From assembly GCA_050575255.1 (NCBI GenBank), contig JBNZDD010013603.1, forward strand, positions 110,460 through 174,459: a DNA stretch of 64,000 nucleotides, read 5' to 3'. This stretch comes from Harriotta raleighana. Taxonomy: Eukaryota. Of the stretch, positions 25,301 to 35,204 are shown piece after piece (the first letter of the stretch is position 1; every line of letters starts with the position of its first letter). The notes under the pieces were generated by a model that saw only the letters and a list, made by a program, of their open reading frames with translations, made no database searches and was not told the DNA's origin. The translations under genes and the position numbers were made by a program.

Positions 25301-28300
25301 AATACTTGCATTTGATATTGCACCTCACATGTCTTTGCAACATCTCAAAGTGCTTCGCAGAATATACTACAATTTTACAGGAGTCCTGTAGCTCAGCGGT
25401 TAGAGTACTCGCCTTACAAGAGAGAACTGGGATCGATTCCAGGCAGGGCGAAACCTTGGGCAAGATTCCTTATTCCACACTCCTAATAATAATCCCACAA
25501 AAAAATTGGTCACTCATTCCATGACCGTTTGTGGGACATTACTGTGTGCAATCAGCTGCTGAATTTCGCCGTGATAAAGTGCTAGATCAAATGCAAGGAT
25601 TATTATTATAACAAAGTGTAGTGCTTTTTGTGAGTGAAACTTAAGTTATATAAAAATATCACCACCCTCATGTGCAGTTATACAGTAATCTAACATACTT
25701 CTCCAGAAAGGTGTACACAGATCTCAAAATTAACAAACATTCAGGTTTGTTCTTATCTGCTTCAAAATGGTAAATCAAATTGAGGAAAAGGTATAACCCA
25801 ATCATCTCTTGCTTTATCAGCCCCTTAAAATTATAAGTTATAGACCTTCGAATAGATCGAAATTTTAATAAAGTCTATTAATTATCCTATTCATTAGGCT
25901 ATGAATTATCCTATTTGTTCTCCTTCCAACACTGGACTGAACAGTGAACATTTGAAGGCTTCACTGATGAACTAGTTAGTAACTAAAAGATGGGAGTAGT
26001 GCAGTATTGTAGTGCAGTATTAACTCGCCTCAAAAATGTACGCTTCAACCAAACACACTTGCAATTGCAGCATTTTATTGAATGCAAAATAAGAATACAA
26101 TGATTTTCACCCTTACTGCAACACAGAACAGCAATAGTGAGATCATATGGCCACCCTGGATCTTATTCTATTGTTGATAGGTCACCACCAAGACAGAGCT
26201 TTCTGAAATTTCTTCAGTGCAGAGGAAAATAAATGTGTATAGAGCAATAGATCTGGAGCTTGTGTACTCATAATACTGCTAACAGTAGCTCAGCATGCAT
26301 AAACACTCATTAGCAGACCATTCACATANTGTGTACTAACAGTAGCTCAGCATGCATAAACACTCATTAGCAGACCATTCACATAAACCATATCAGGCAA
26401 GTTTTTTTGTTAGTAAAGCAAGATGTGCCATAATGGCATTAGTGCAATGCATTATGAAACTAGTTACGAAGAGACTTGAAGCCAATTGAATTATTTTGTT
26501 AAAAGGTCAGTGTTGGATAAAATGACCAATAAGATATACAAACAAGAAATAGATGCACAGCTTAGGTTCAGGAGCTCATACCTCCATCCATGGTAATTCT
26601 AAGAGGGTCTTCATGCTTTTCAGTTTGATCAGAGCTGTAGCAAATATCACCAGCCACAGGCGTCTCCCAATCAAGGTTTGCCTGCCCCATTTCTTCCTGA
26701 TGTTCTGATTCTTTCACCAGTGGTTGATCAGCCTGATTGGGAAGAAAATTAAAGTTACATAAACTCAGAGGCACTGGATCAGCAACTCCAGGAAAAAGCA
26801 CAGGTTGATGGAGAAGAGGACACGCAGACACCACCCAAATTCATACATTAAGGCTTTTACTTAATTGTTGCTCCACGCAAGCAAATGCACCATGACTTCA
26901 CGCCTGTAACATTCGTTCTGTAAACATGCTGCAAATTGGGTTTATTTTGCAAACTCAACTGATGGTTACAATGAACAAAACAGACTACACAATATCTTCT
27001 CAAGCCAGCTCTCATAAAACAACGTGCCAATGGAGAAGTTTATCTTCAATTGGTTCTAGCAAGTTGGGAAGTCAAGTGGGAATTATCCAACTTGCCCCAA
27101 CTGCCCCCCTGAATCCCGCACAAATTAATTGTGCAAGGCAACATTTCTGTATTCAACATGATTTTCCAATGGAATGCCTTTTCTATTAGTCAAACCACTT
27201 AAATGATGTAAATGCATTGTTGGAATTGGTTATTTTACTAGTAACCAATGGTTGGTGGGGAAAAAAAAGGAAATTCTGTGTAGGTACCCAGTAGTATCCT
27301 GTAATTCAGGATTCCAAAATGGATTATAATTTTTATGCATGTAAAAAGCATCAAGATCTCTGGTGTTCACAACAGTTTTAAATGAACATTGTCTGTGTAA
27401 ACCAATGTATCTACTACATTCTCAAATCAATTGAAATACATGTCCACGTGGAACCATTTTGAACTCCCTCAAATACGATTTTTGACAGATTGAACAAGTT
27501 CTGCAAGTCAGGATACCTCACAACAACTTGGATTTATATAGCGCCCTCCACGCTGGATGGCATCTCAAAAAAGATTTAATTTAAAAATCTCCTTAAACCT
27601 TAAAAAGAGATTTAATAGTTCCAGTGTCAGCCATAGACATTCAAAATATTTTAAATCTGCAGATTGTACTAGATGAACACCATGGGAAAAAAGCATGAAA
27701 AAAATAGCTGAACAAAGCGACCATACAGAAAGTTATCTTATCCAAAGAAACACAGAATCAAATTTATTAATTAGTCCAGGCTAACCCTGATAAAGAGCCA
27801 CATCATCTTTTAGATGACACATTAAACTGAGGTCCCATCTGCCTGTTCAGGTGCAAGTCAAAGATCCCACAACACTATTTGAAACGAGAATAAAATGACT
27901 AACAAGCCTAATAATTGCCCAGATAATTTGTTCAGTCATCTCATGGCTGCTTGATTCGTAAATAGCCCTAGTTCTACACTAATTCCTGTAAAGCATTTTG
28001 AAACATTTCAATGCTGAAGGCACTTCAAAATACATTTTTTTTTAGTAAAATGAAGGGAATACTTCCATCCAGAATAAATGACTCAACCAGAATTTAAACT
28101 AAAAGCCAGTTTAAAAAAAGAACATTGTATGTTCTATATTGAATGGGGTGGGGGGAGCTGGCAAAAGATACTATGGGCATCAGCTGATGGACCCAGTTGA
28201 AACTTACTGTTACCTTTCCAATGTCACTTAGAAGTTATCCATTAGTCTCACTGGTAGGGTCACAAAGCCCCAGCCTCTGGTGGTGGGACGTCCTCCCAAC

Positions 28301-31300
28301 TATAAATGTAATTTTGTTGTTGTTGGATGTTCAAATAATCTCATTCCAACCAACTCAGGAAATTCACTGTAGACCATGTCTTCTGTTCTTCCGACTATGA
28401 TGTACTGCTCATTCCCACCACCAGAGAACACTCCTTGGAGGTCCTTTTCACCTTTCCTACCTCCAAAAACTACTTTGAATAATGTACCTTTGGCTCACAT
28501 CCTCAAACTCCTCTCCTTTGAGCTTGGTGATCCCCACCAAACATATCAAGATGTTTCAACTTATTTTAAGTGCAACTTGATGATACTAACATTGCCTTTC
28601 TACCTAATGACACTTATTAGATAAGGTAACAAATCTAAATTTCAAGGATTTCTAGGCAAACATTTACAATCTTTTACTGTAGGCTTCAAGTGCAGGGTTA
28701 CTGCACTTGAAGTTATAACCCTTTTGCTGAGCTGTTCTTGTAAGCAAATTAAAAACACATGAAAATGAGGAAAACTCTATAAAGGCAAAAAATATTAAGA
28801 TACAGATCTCACTGTAAACTATTCCCCAAGGAGAACCTTGTATGTACTGTATTAGATTTCATTTGTCCTCAAGACAAGGTACATTCTGAATCTATTTGAA
28901 CTGGACAGATAGGGGGCGCTGCCTGACTCTGCCAATAGACACAAAGAATTTCACATTAAGTTTTGTTAAGACAAAAACCAAGATCACCCTTACAACATGT
29001 GATTTGTCTAGGGAAACACAAACTTTTCAGCTTCTTACCACTATATCATCAAGTTCTATGCTGTTACAGGATTTGGTGCTCTTTTTCTTCTCCATCCACA
29101 GATTCTCCTCCTCAGTTTTCCCCCGAATCATTGAAAGCTCCCTCTCCCTCTCCTGGAGGCACAAGAAAACAAGGAGGTAAAGCTCTGGAGGTAGCATACC
29201 CTTCCCGCACTAGAAACACACTGCAGTTAACACTGATCCACGCCAATACCATCACATTGGCATAGTTTGTGCAATTTATTTGAAGAGTTTAAAACTCAAT
29301 TAGTGCACAAAAAATACCCAATCTCTTTTCAACTGATGCATATGATTTTCAATATACAAAACGTGGCTTCTTGCTTATCAAAAGCCCATTATCTTATGAA
29401 ACCTAGGCATTCGAATGAACTGAAATGGAATGTGCATTATCTCCCTGGAGGTACATATCCTGTTTACCTAATCCTGAAGGGCATTAAGCAATAGACAATG
29501 CGTGGGGCCCCCAGAGTGTGCGTTAGCAAGCTTTCCTGAGACTCTGCTTAGTCATTAAGTGCAATGTGAATTTATCTGATTCACTTCAGTAACTAGCATA
29601 TAGATTTAAAAAGCGACATTCATGTGAATGCCAAGTAGGTTCTCATTCAGTGTCTGTTCCTGATCATCCCTGTGGCTAATATCCATCAGTCAATCACAGT
29701 GAGTGAATATGGTCAATGTTCAGCAAAAGGAAAATGGACGTTCTGGAAATGCAAAGGAAAATGGACGTTCTGGAAATGCAAAGGAAATGGGACTAAAGCA
29801 AAAAGTGAAATCTTGCCTTGGAGGAAAATATAGTATTAATAATAATCCTTGCATTTGATATAGCTCTTTTCACATCTTCTAGGCATCTCAAAGAGCTTCA
29901 CAGAATACACTGCAAAGTGACTTAACCGTATATTTGTGGGTGAAACGCAGCAACCAATTGCATACAATAGTGTCTCATGAACAAACATGCATTGAAAGGA
30001 CCAATTTTTTAATTTTTTTTAATTTGAGGAATTATTATCAGGCATGTGGAGTATGGAAACTTGCCCTGTCTGGAACTGAACCCAGATCTCTCACTTGCAA
30101 GGCGAGTTCTCTATCCACTGAGCGACAGGACTCCACAGCAAAATATGTTGTTCTGTAGAGACAATCTGAAGGAGTCATACTGAATATTCAGTGCTGAATA
30201 TTCAACAAAAATCCTACCCGCTTATTGGAAAACTAGATTTTGTTTTCATCAGTTCCCAACAGATGTCAGGAAGCTGCCAGAGGAAGTCTCAGTTTCTGCC
30301 ATTACCAAATGTCAGCAGCTACATCGCGAACTTCCCAACATCATCATGTATAAAGGAAGCCAGTTCGCAACTCACATGACTGTCAGCAGAGACAACATAT
30401 CCCTCGAGCCCTGCAGTATTTATTTACAGGTGTTGGACAGAGACAACTTCACATTCTATACATTCCTCACTTTATTTTAGATATTTATCGCTGCAAAACT
30501 CACAAGGAAGCATCAGGTAGCACAGTCCTTTCGCCTCCATTATAAACTTGATTATAAAGTTGTACTGAACAGGCTGGCAATTTCAGCAATCAACACCAAG
30601 TTACACACCTTCATGGGCATGGGCAGGACTGCTGCTTTACCCAAGATAAGCAAACCCAGCACTGAGTTCAAACCTGAAACATTTCTGGTCTGTACTTTTT
30701 CCTACTAAGAAATTAGAGAAAATGCTAAACATGTCAACTTCAAATATCCCAGTGATGAATACCTTCTCAATTGACGGTATATTTCATCCACAAATATATA
30801 GTCAATTCACTTTACAGTACAGTTTGTGAAGCACTTTGAGACGTCTAGAAGACATGAAAAGCACTATATAAAATACAAGGGTTATTATTAATATTATTAT
30901 ACTACATATACGGGCATCCAAAAGAGCGAGCACATTAATGATGGAGTCAAACCTTTGTGAAACAGCTTGGTAATTAACAAGCAGACTTGTGCAGCTTGGC
31001 AAGTTACCTTTTTGATGCGGAGAGCGTGAGACGCACTGGGAGTGGACTGCCGGAGCAGCTGGTCCTGAATGGCCTTTGTAGTTGGGGTCACAGCCACAAT
31101 CTTTGGGTAGGTTGCACTTTCTTCACAGGCTTCTCTTTCACGGTTCATCTCTTCAAACTTCCCTCGTACAGACTGCACAGCATTGGCAGCAGCTTGTTTT
31201 TAAAAAATATTTTTAAAGTTATTAATACACCAGGATTATTCTGTACAGAGGAAGTTTGCTGAGACTGCAAACTTGTTCCTAAAAACTGCAACCAGCAAGT

Positions 31301-34300
31301 ACAGACTCCAAAAAGCAAAACATTTAAATTTACAGATTCTCTTAGTGAGGTGTGAAATTGCCTTTTCCTTGCCCGTTAAACACAATCGGGCAAACTTTGA
31401 CCAGTTTTATTTGGTAAATCTTAGTGCTGAAGGCTTGGGAAACTACTACATTTGCATCGCAGGACAACATCTAACCGGAAAGCACCAATCCAGTTTCACA
31501 TGCTTGTGACACTTTTGACTTGTGCTCAATTATGTTACTTATTTTGCTTTCACATACAGCGAAACAAAATTACATTTCTATAGCGCCATGTATAGTGAGC
31601 AAGCGAATTGCAGTCACTGAATAAAGTTTGGTTGTGGCTTCAGTACAGAGAGAGAATTTCATGTGACAATAACAATACAAATCTCTCACATGTTAATGTA
31701 GACAGCTCCTAATGCAACCCCCCACCTAGTGCGACGCAATAAATGAAGTCTACATAGCAGGAAAAGAGGAAGTGGGCCTTTGCTACTTAAACTTGATCAT
31801 TTTTTAAATCTCAGGACAGCAGACGATCGGAGAGGGGAGTCCTTGGAGCTGAAGTGGTTCCAAGATGTTGTGTTTGGCATCACATTGTCAATCCGTTACT
31901 GTCTAAACGGGCTGGTTCCTGAGCCTGGCAGGTCAGGGCACTGCTGATGACAGTCTAGTCAGCTGGCTTATCAGCAAGATTTGGAAGGGGTAAGGAATCC
32001 CCCTCAAGTCAAATGGGTTGGGAGATCATAGCTGGATATGTAGCCAGAAGCTTGACAGACAGTGCCTTCAATGGCAATCCTCATGGTTTTACCCCAATAC
32101 ACTCTAGGGTTTAAACCCCAATATACTCTAAGGTTACCAAGCTATGGCTCTTGCGAATCTACACCCAATTCCCTCCACAGATAAGCAAGCATAGTGCCTT
32201 CTAGCGGGGGAAGAGAATGCACATTCCATTCCAGATATGGAAATTTTGATGTGTAGGTAGCAAGCTTGGAATACTCATTCTTGGTTGGATACTCTTAAGT
32301 ATGGTGATGGGCTGCCGCATGTATCAGACACCCAGCTACCAGAAGAAAGTACTTTGTAATACATTTTGCAAACATAGAATACAGCATATAATAATGTCTC
32401 CACTTACTCAAAGCCACTGAAGGAGGGATAGTTTTCCTCTTTGAGCCAACAGACATCACACCTTCCACTTCATGTCTAACCTGCTTGAATAACATGTCCC
32501 GTTAGGAAGTACCCAAGGCCCTACATTCAAGAATATACACCAATCATCCAATATCAAGTAATCCCAAACGTATATGATGGGAACAATTAAAAATGTCTGT
32601 CCTTCCCCTTCAAAAAGTTATAAGATTCAAATCTATATTGTAAAACTTTGATCAGTATGTGGTATGCATTAGTAGCGGAATATGTTAAGGTTCATGCTAC
32701 AGTGCCCTGGTACACTTTATCTGAGTCAACAGATTATTCACCCACACCAGTCCTCTCTCAACCCAACATCAGACACTGAATAAAGCAAATGAGAAAAAAG
32801 TCTACCTCAGAGAAACTATCGATGCCAGGCAAGACGTAAATGGTTTTCCTATTCCAACCCTATCTCCTCAAATAGGAAGTTAAGTAACTGCACTTGTGCT
32901 GAAAGTTCCTGTTCACTTACTTCACAGCTAGTCACAATCCGGGCAGCTTCGGTCACCTTATCCCGGAAACTCCTAATAGGGGCTCTGGCCAGTCCATCCC
33001 TCCAGGAGTGGCTGGTCAGTACTAGAGACCGTTCACTGTTTCTCAGGGAAGCTTGTTCATTACTTGGTGGAGGGAGTCGTTCTGGAGAAGAGGAATAATA
33101 AATTGTCTAATTTTATTAAATCATTCATTATTTCCCAACATCACATCTGTCAATGTGCATCACCTTAAATGGAGAGACCCGTGTAATAAGCAAATAATAT
33201 CTCAACCAGTGGACATGTTACTGCATGGCCTTGTAGCTGACAGGATACACAGAATCATATCCTATTTTCCCAATTTATTTTGTCAAAAGTCACAGCCGAT
33301 AGCAAACACAAGCAGTTTTATGATATACTTATATGATAAGAAACATTTAACCATTCCTTTTTAGTCATGATATTTCACTTTATTTTAGAATAATAAGTTG
33401 CACCCAAATGTGCTCTCTGAGGAACCATATGGAAAGCATGACTAAACACACCTGTCTTGTGCATCATGTATAAGCAGAGGCACTGCCTTCAGTTAGTCTT
33501 CTACAGTTTTATTGCACTTTTTCTGTGCTGATTTTGCCCCCAAATTATGTTGAATCTTAATTGTTGGTCTTGGACCAATGCAATCAGGGCATAAACACAA
33601 ACACAGTGGAAATCTGGATTATGTGATCTGAGAATTATTCTGAAGGCAAATGGCACATTTGGATCACAGTTTCTGCGCCTTTTAAGGCGAGACTATCAGA
33701 GAGAGTAGTATATTTTCATGTTGCTCAAACAATCCTGTGGTAGACCAATAGTACTGTTTAACAACAACAAAATTACATTTGTATAGTGCCTTACACATCA
33801 GCTCAGATCATTACATTGAAAATTGCTTTCCCCCCACATCCCATTACTGAAGCAATGAGGAAAATCGAATTGTTTCTACAGAGATGTAACAGATGTACCA
33901 TCAGAATCCCAATCCTTCCTCTGCTCTGCAAGCCTTTGTAGCCGCGACTTCACCGATGCAACCACTGGAGTGTCTGGTTTGATCCCCTGCTCCTGGGAAC
34001 GAAACTTCTTGGACACAAAGCTGGGTTCAGATTCTATAGGATGTAGATTTTCTGTTTCCTCCTCCAAGGATTTACATGGTTGTTTCTTTGGAGAGCCCTG
34101 TGGCAATTCTGCAGATAAGAATTCAATTAGACTACATAGTACAATCAATCAAGTGCTCAATAATTGACGACTGCGATACCACTGTGCTTCCCCAGTACCA
34201 TTTACTGTAGTATAGCCTCAGCTGTGATTTCAAAGCAATTGAGCTTGACCTCATAACTATTTGACCAGAGTGAGTGTTCCATGTACTGAGTCAAGCTGAC

Positions 34301-35204
34301 CCATCAGATCATGGCAGATCTTTTAATCTCATTAATACTATTACTTCCTAAGTATCTTTCTCCCTCTTAAAACATCCCAATTAATTTTCAATTTTCAATT
34401 TAGTTTGGATAATGCCCAGCAGGCAATTAAATACATTCTCAGATCTTTGAATAGTACAATGCAGTACCAGTGATTTGTTATTAGAGGGGAAATTCATTGT
34501 GCACAGCAGAACTCAAAAGTATTTCAATTCATATTTAATACCGCAGAATCCACTGTAGTTGTGGAAGAGGGTACGGGCCAATAAAATCTTAACCAAGTTT
34601 TATAATAGGGCATGATCGCCAGACAATGCTTGTGCTTTACTGTGCAAGAAGCTGTCCACCTTCCAGAACAGTTTGCTATCATCACCTCCTGCATGCATTA
34701 CACACAGCGATGGTAGCAGCACCTGATGAACCAGAGAAAGCCTTTCCCCCACCACCCCTAGAGAGAAAGAAACCAGCCAGAGTGTGGAAAGCTAAAATGA
34801 TCCACTTCTCAGTCATACCATCAGCAGCTGGCAGAGCACATTCTGAATTTGTTGGGAAGTAAATATCAAGGTCATAGCTATTCACACCAACATTATCACA
34901 AAGCAAGTGAATAACAGTAAACAGAATACTGTTAACAGATGCCTCAATCAAAGTGCCAAGTCATACAAAGAACAGAAGGAACAGTACTCAATAAACCCCA
35001 ACCTGCTCCCAACAACCCCAATAGAAACAATTTAAAATTATACATACAATCACAAGATTCTCATTAGTGTGCTACAGCCTCCACTAGACAGTCTGACTCA
35101 CCACTATCATTTCCTGTCAGGTTGTCACTGTGGGGGGGATGCTCACGAAGCCTCTTCAGAGGACGCCGAGTCGATATTAAATCTCTGTCCTTAAGGTGGG
35201 ACAT
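10234..35204 (-). CDS. ANLN: Anillin-family protein (anillin-like/anln2-type paralog), 24 coding exons, 3108 nt = 1035 aa + stop
   Basis: Exons read by hand; all have AG/GT boundaries and matching phases: 35204-35102, 34108-33899, 33081-32921, 32480-32408, 31192-31008, 29152-29039, 26732-26582, 25176-25042, 24278-23893, 23093-22951, 21361-21220, 20817-20682, 19686-19504, 19051-18925, 17762-17714, 17604-17539, 15365-15330, 14662-14641, 13905-13796, 13195-13142, 12386-12300, 12088-11981, 11427-11255, 10387-10234. Motifs [71 protein letters not shown] and WLSADT.EER.LWM.KLNQ are diagnostic for anillin (anillin homology domain + PH). Confidence 0.93.
11255..11427 (-). CDS. ANLN: Anillin PH exon ([11 protein letters not shown]...[11 protein letters not shown]...)
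   Basis: Conserved anillin PH motif. Confidence 0.96.
11546..11803 (+). mobile_element. tRNA-headed Deu-core SINE
   Basis: Head-core-tail. Confidence 0.85.
11981..12088 (-). CDS. ANLN: Anillin PH exon ([21 protein letters not shown]...YPDEEKLK)
   Basis: Conserved anillin PH motif. Confidence 0.96.
12300..12386 (-). CDS. ANLN: Anillin exon ([29 protein letters not shown])
   Basis: Conserved motif just before the PH domain. Confidence 0.95.
13142..13195 (-). CDS. ANLN: Anillin 54-nt symmetric (cassette-type) exon ([18 protein letters not shown])
   Basis: tag/gttact boundaries, phase 0-0, between LDK and VPFL. Confidence 0.8.
13796..13905 (-). CDS. ANLN: Anillin exon ([24 protein letters not shown]...FPLDK)
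   Basis: Matches ASPGG..AVRTSNFALVGS...KF.LDK. Confidence 0.93.
13965..14279 (-). mobile_element. tRNA-headed Deu-core SINE (full length)
   Basis: A/B boxes, Deu core, tail. Confidence 0.9.
14641..14662 (-). CDS. ANLN: Anillin 22-nt microexon (RSSVHSP)
   Basis: ttctttcag/gtaaat boundaries; needed to restore frame; resembles KSNIHSS. Confidence 0.85.
15330..15365 (-). CDS. ANLN: Anillin 36-nt exon ([12 protein letters not shown])
   Basis: Matches AITPKRLLTSIT; cag/gtgagt boundaries. Confidence 0.92.
15376..15500 (+). repeat. 62-bp direct tandem duplication just upstream of the 36-nt exon acceptor
   Basis: ACAAATTAAAAAAACACATTCACTT...CAGGAAAT twice. Confidence 0.85.
15731..16632. mobile_element. 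Non-autonomous Tc1/mariner (pogo/Tigger-like) element, same family as 3907-4283
   Basis: TA|CAGTAAAACCTTGTTTATCCG ... CGGATAAACAAGGTTTTACTG|TA. Confidence 0.9.
16635..16907 (-). mobile_element. SINE whose 3' tail (15712-15730) is separated by a MITE
   Basis: Tail CCTTGCATTTAATA|TA...GCAGTTTTCAC split at a TA. Confidence 0.8.
17539..17604 (-). CDS. ANLN: Anillin exon, polybasic loop ([22 protein letters not shown])
   Basis: Phase 0-0; same position as the DKKKKTSKSK loop of ANLN. Confidence 0.85.
17714..17762 (-). CDS. ANLN: Anillin exon ([16 protein letters not shown])
   Basis: Matches DFEINIEVYSL. Confidence 0.93.
18925..19051 (-). CDS. ANLN: Anillin exon ([39 protein letters not shown])
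   Basis: Anillin homology (C2-like) region; phase 1-2. Confidence 0.93.
19504..19686 (-). CDS. ANLN: Anillin exon ([10 protein letters not shown]...[12 protein letters not shown])
   Basis: Anillin homology domain motif. Confidence 0.93.
20170..20490 (-). mobile_element. L2 LINE 3' fragment
   Basis: [17 protein letters not shown]...[10 protein letters not shown] plus L2 tail. Confidence 0.88.
20682..20817 (-). CDS. ANLN: Anillin exon, Rho-binding region ([31 protein letters not shown])
   Basis: Highly conserved anillin motif. Confidence 0.95.
20845..21152 (-). mobile_element. tRNA-headed Deu-core SINE
   Basis: Head-core-tail. Confidence 0.85.
21220..21361 (-). CDS. ANLN: Anillin exon (SVDVYRTQR...KDKIK)
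   Basis: Homologous to SIDAYRSQR; gtaagt donor. Confidence 0.9.
22075..22682 (-). mobile_element. Degenerate L2 LINE RT fragment
   Basis: [26 protein letters not shown] motifs plus tail. Confidence 0.85.
22951..23093 (-). CDS. ANLN: Anillin exon (GEVLSSL...EPFY)
   Basis: Phase 0-2; the junction reads YS-VDVYR, like the anillin YSIDAYR motif. Confidence 0.85.
23893..24278 (-). CDS. ANLN: Anillin large acidic exon ([13 protein letters not shown]...SLSPL)
   Basis: IIDKLF.GV and SLSPL motifs; phase 1-0; gtgagt donor. Confidence 0.88.
25042..25176 (-). CDS. ANLN: Anillin exon ([19 protein letters not shown]...)
   Basis: Open frame, AG/GT, phase 1-1. Confidence 0.8.
26582..26732 (-). CDS. ANLN: Anillin exon ([12 protein letters not shown]...)
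   Basis: Open frame, AG/GT, phase 0-1 fits. Confidence 0.75.
29039..29152 (-). CDS. ANLN: Anillin exon ([12 protein letters not shown]...NLW)
   Basis: Matches ERQKELACLRGRFDKGNIW; phase 0-0. Confidence 0.88.
29726..29790 (+). repeat. 27-bp tandem repeat
   Basis: AAAGGAAAATGGACGTTCTGGAAATGC x2 plus a partial third copy. Confidence 0.85.
29837..30135 (-). mobile_element. tRNA-headed Deu-core SINE
   Basis: Head-core-tail. Confidence 0.85.
31008..31192 (-). CDS. ANLN: Anillin exon (…[15 protein letters not shown]…)
   Basis: Matches ANLN ITPNTKAIQERLFKQ; acceptor position less certain. Confidence 0.85.
32408..32480 (-). CDS. ANLN: Anillin exon ([24 protein letters not shown])
   Basis: cag acceptor, gtaagt donor; phase 0-1 bridges the neighbouring exons exactly. 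Confidence 0.7.
32921..33081 (-). CDS. ANLN: Anillin exon ([10 protein letters not shown]...ARIVTSCE)
   Basis: Pyrimidine-rich acceptor, gtaagt donor; the only open frame fits phase 1-0; weak homology. Confidence 0.7.
33899..34108 (-). CDS. ANLN: Anillin exon (…[19 protein letters not shown])
   Basis: Conserved anillin N-terminal motif; phase 1-1. Confidence 0.9.
35102..35204 (-). CDS. ANLN: Anillin first coding exon ([24 protein letters not shown]...)
   Basis: Acceptor at 35249/35248, ATG at 35204, donor G|gtgagt (phase 1); KRLRE resembles KRARQPL of ANLN exon 2. Confidence 0.7.

Noticed and set aside
26272-26385. ~57-bp tandem repeat
   Set aside because: Centred on a single n (26329); likely a contig-join duplication
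34682-34951. 89-aa ORF within an anillin intron
   Set aside because: No anillin similarity, no convincing splice sites, and the flanking exons already join in phase
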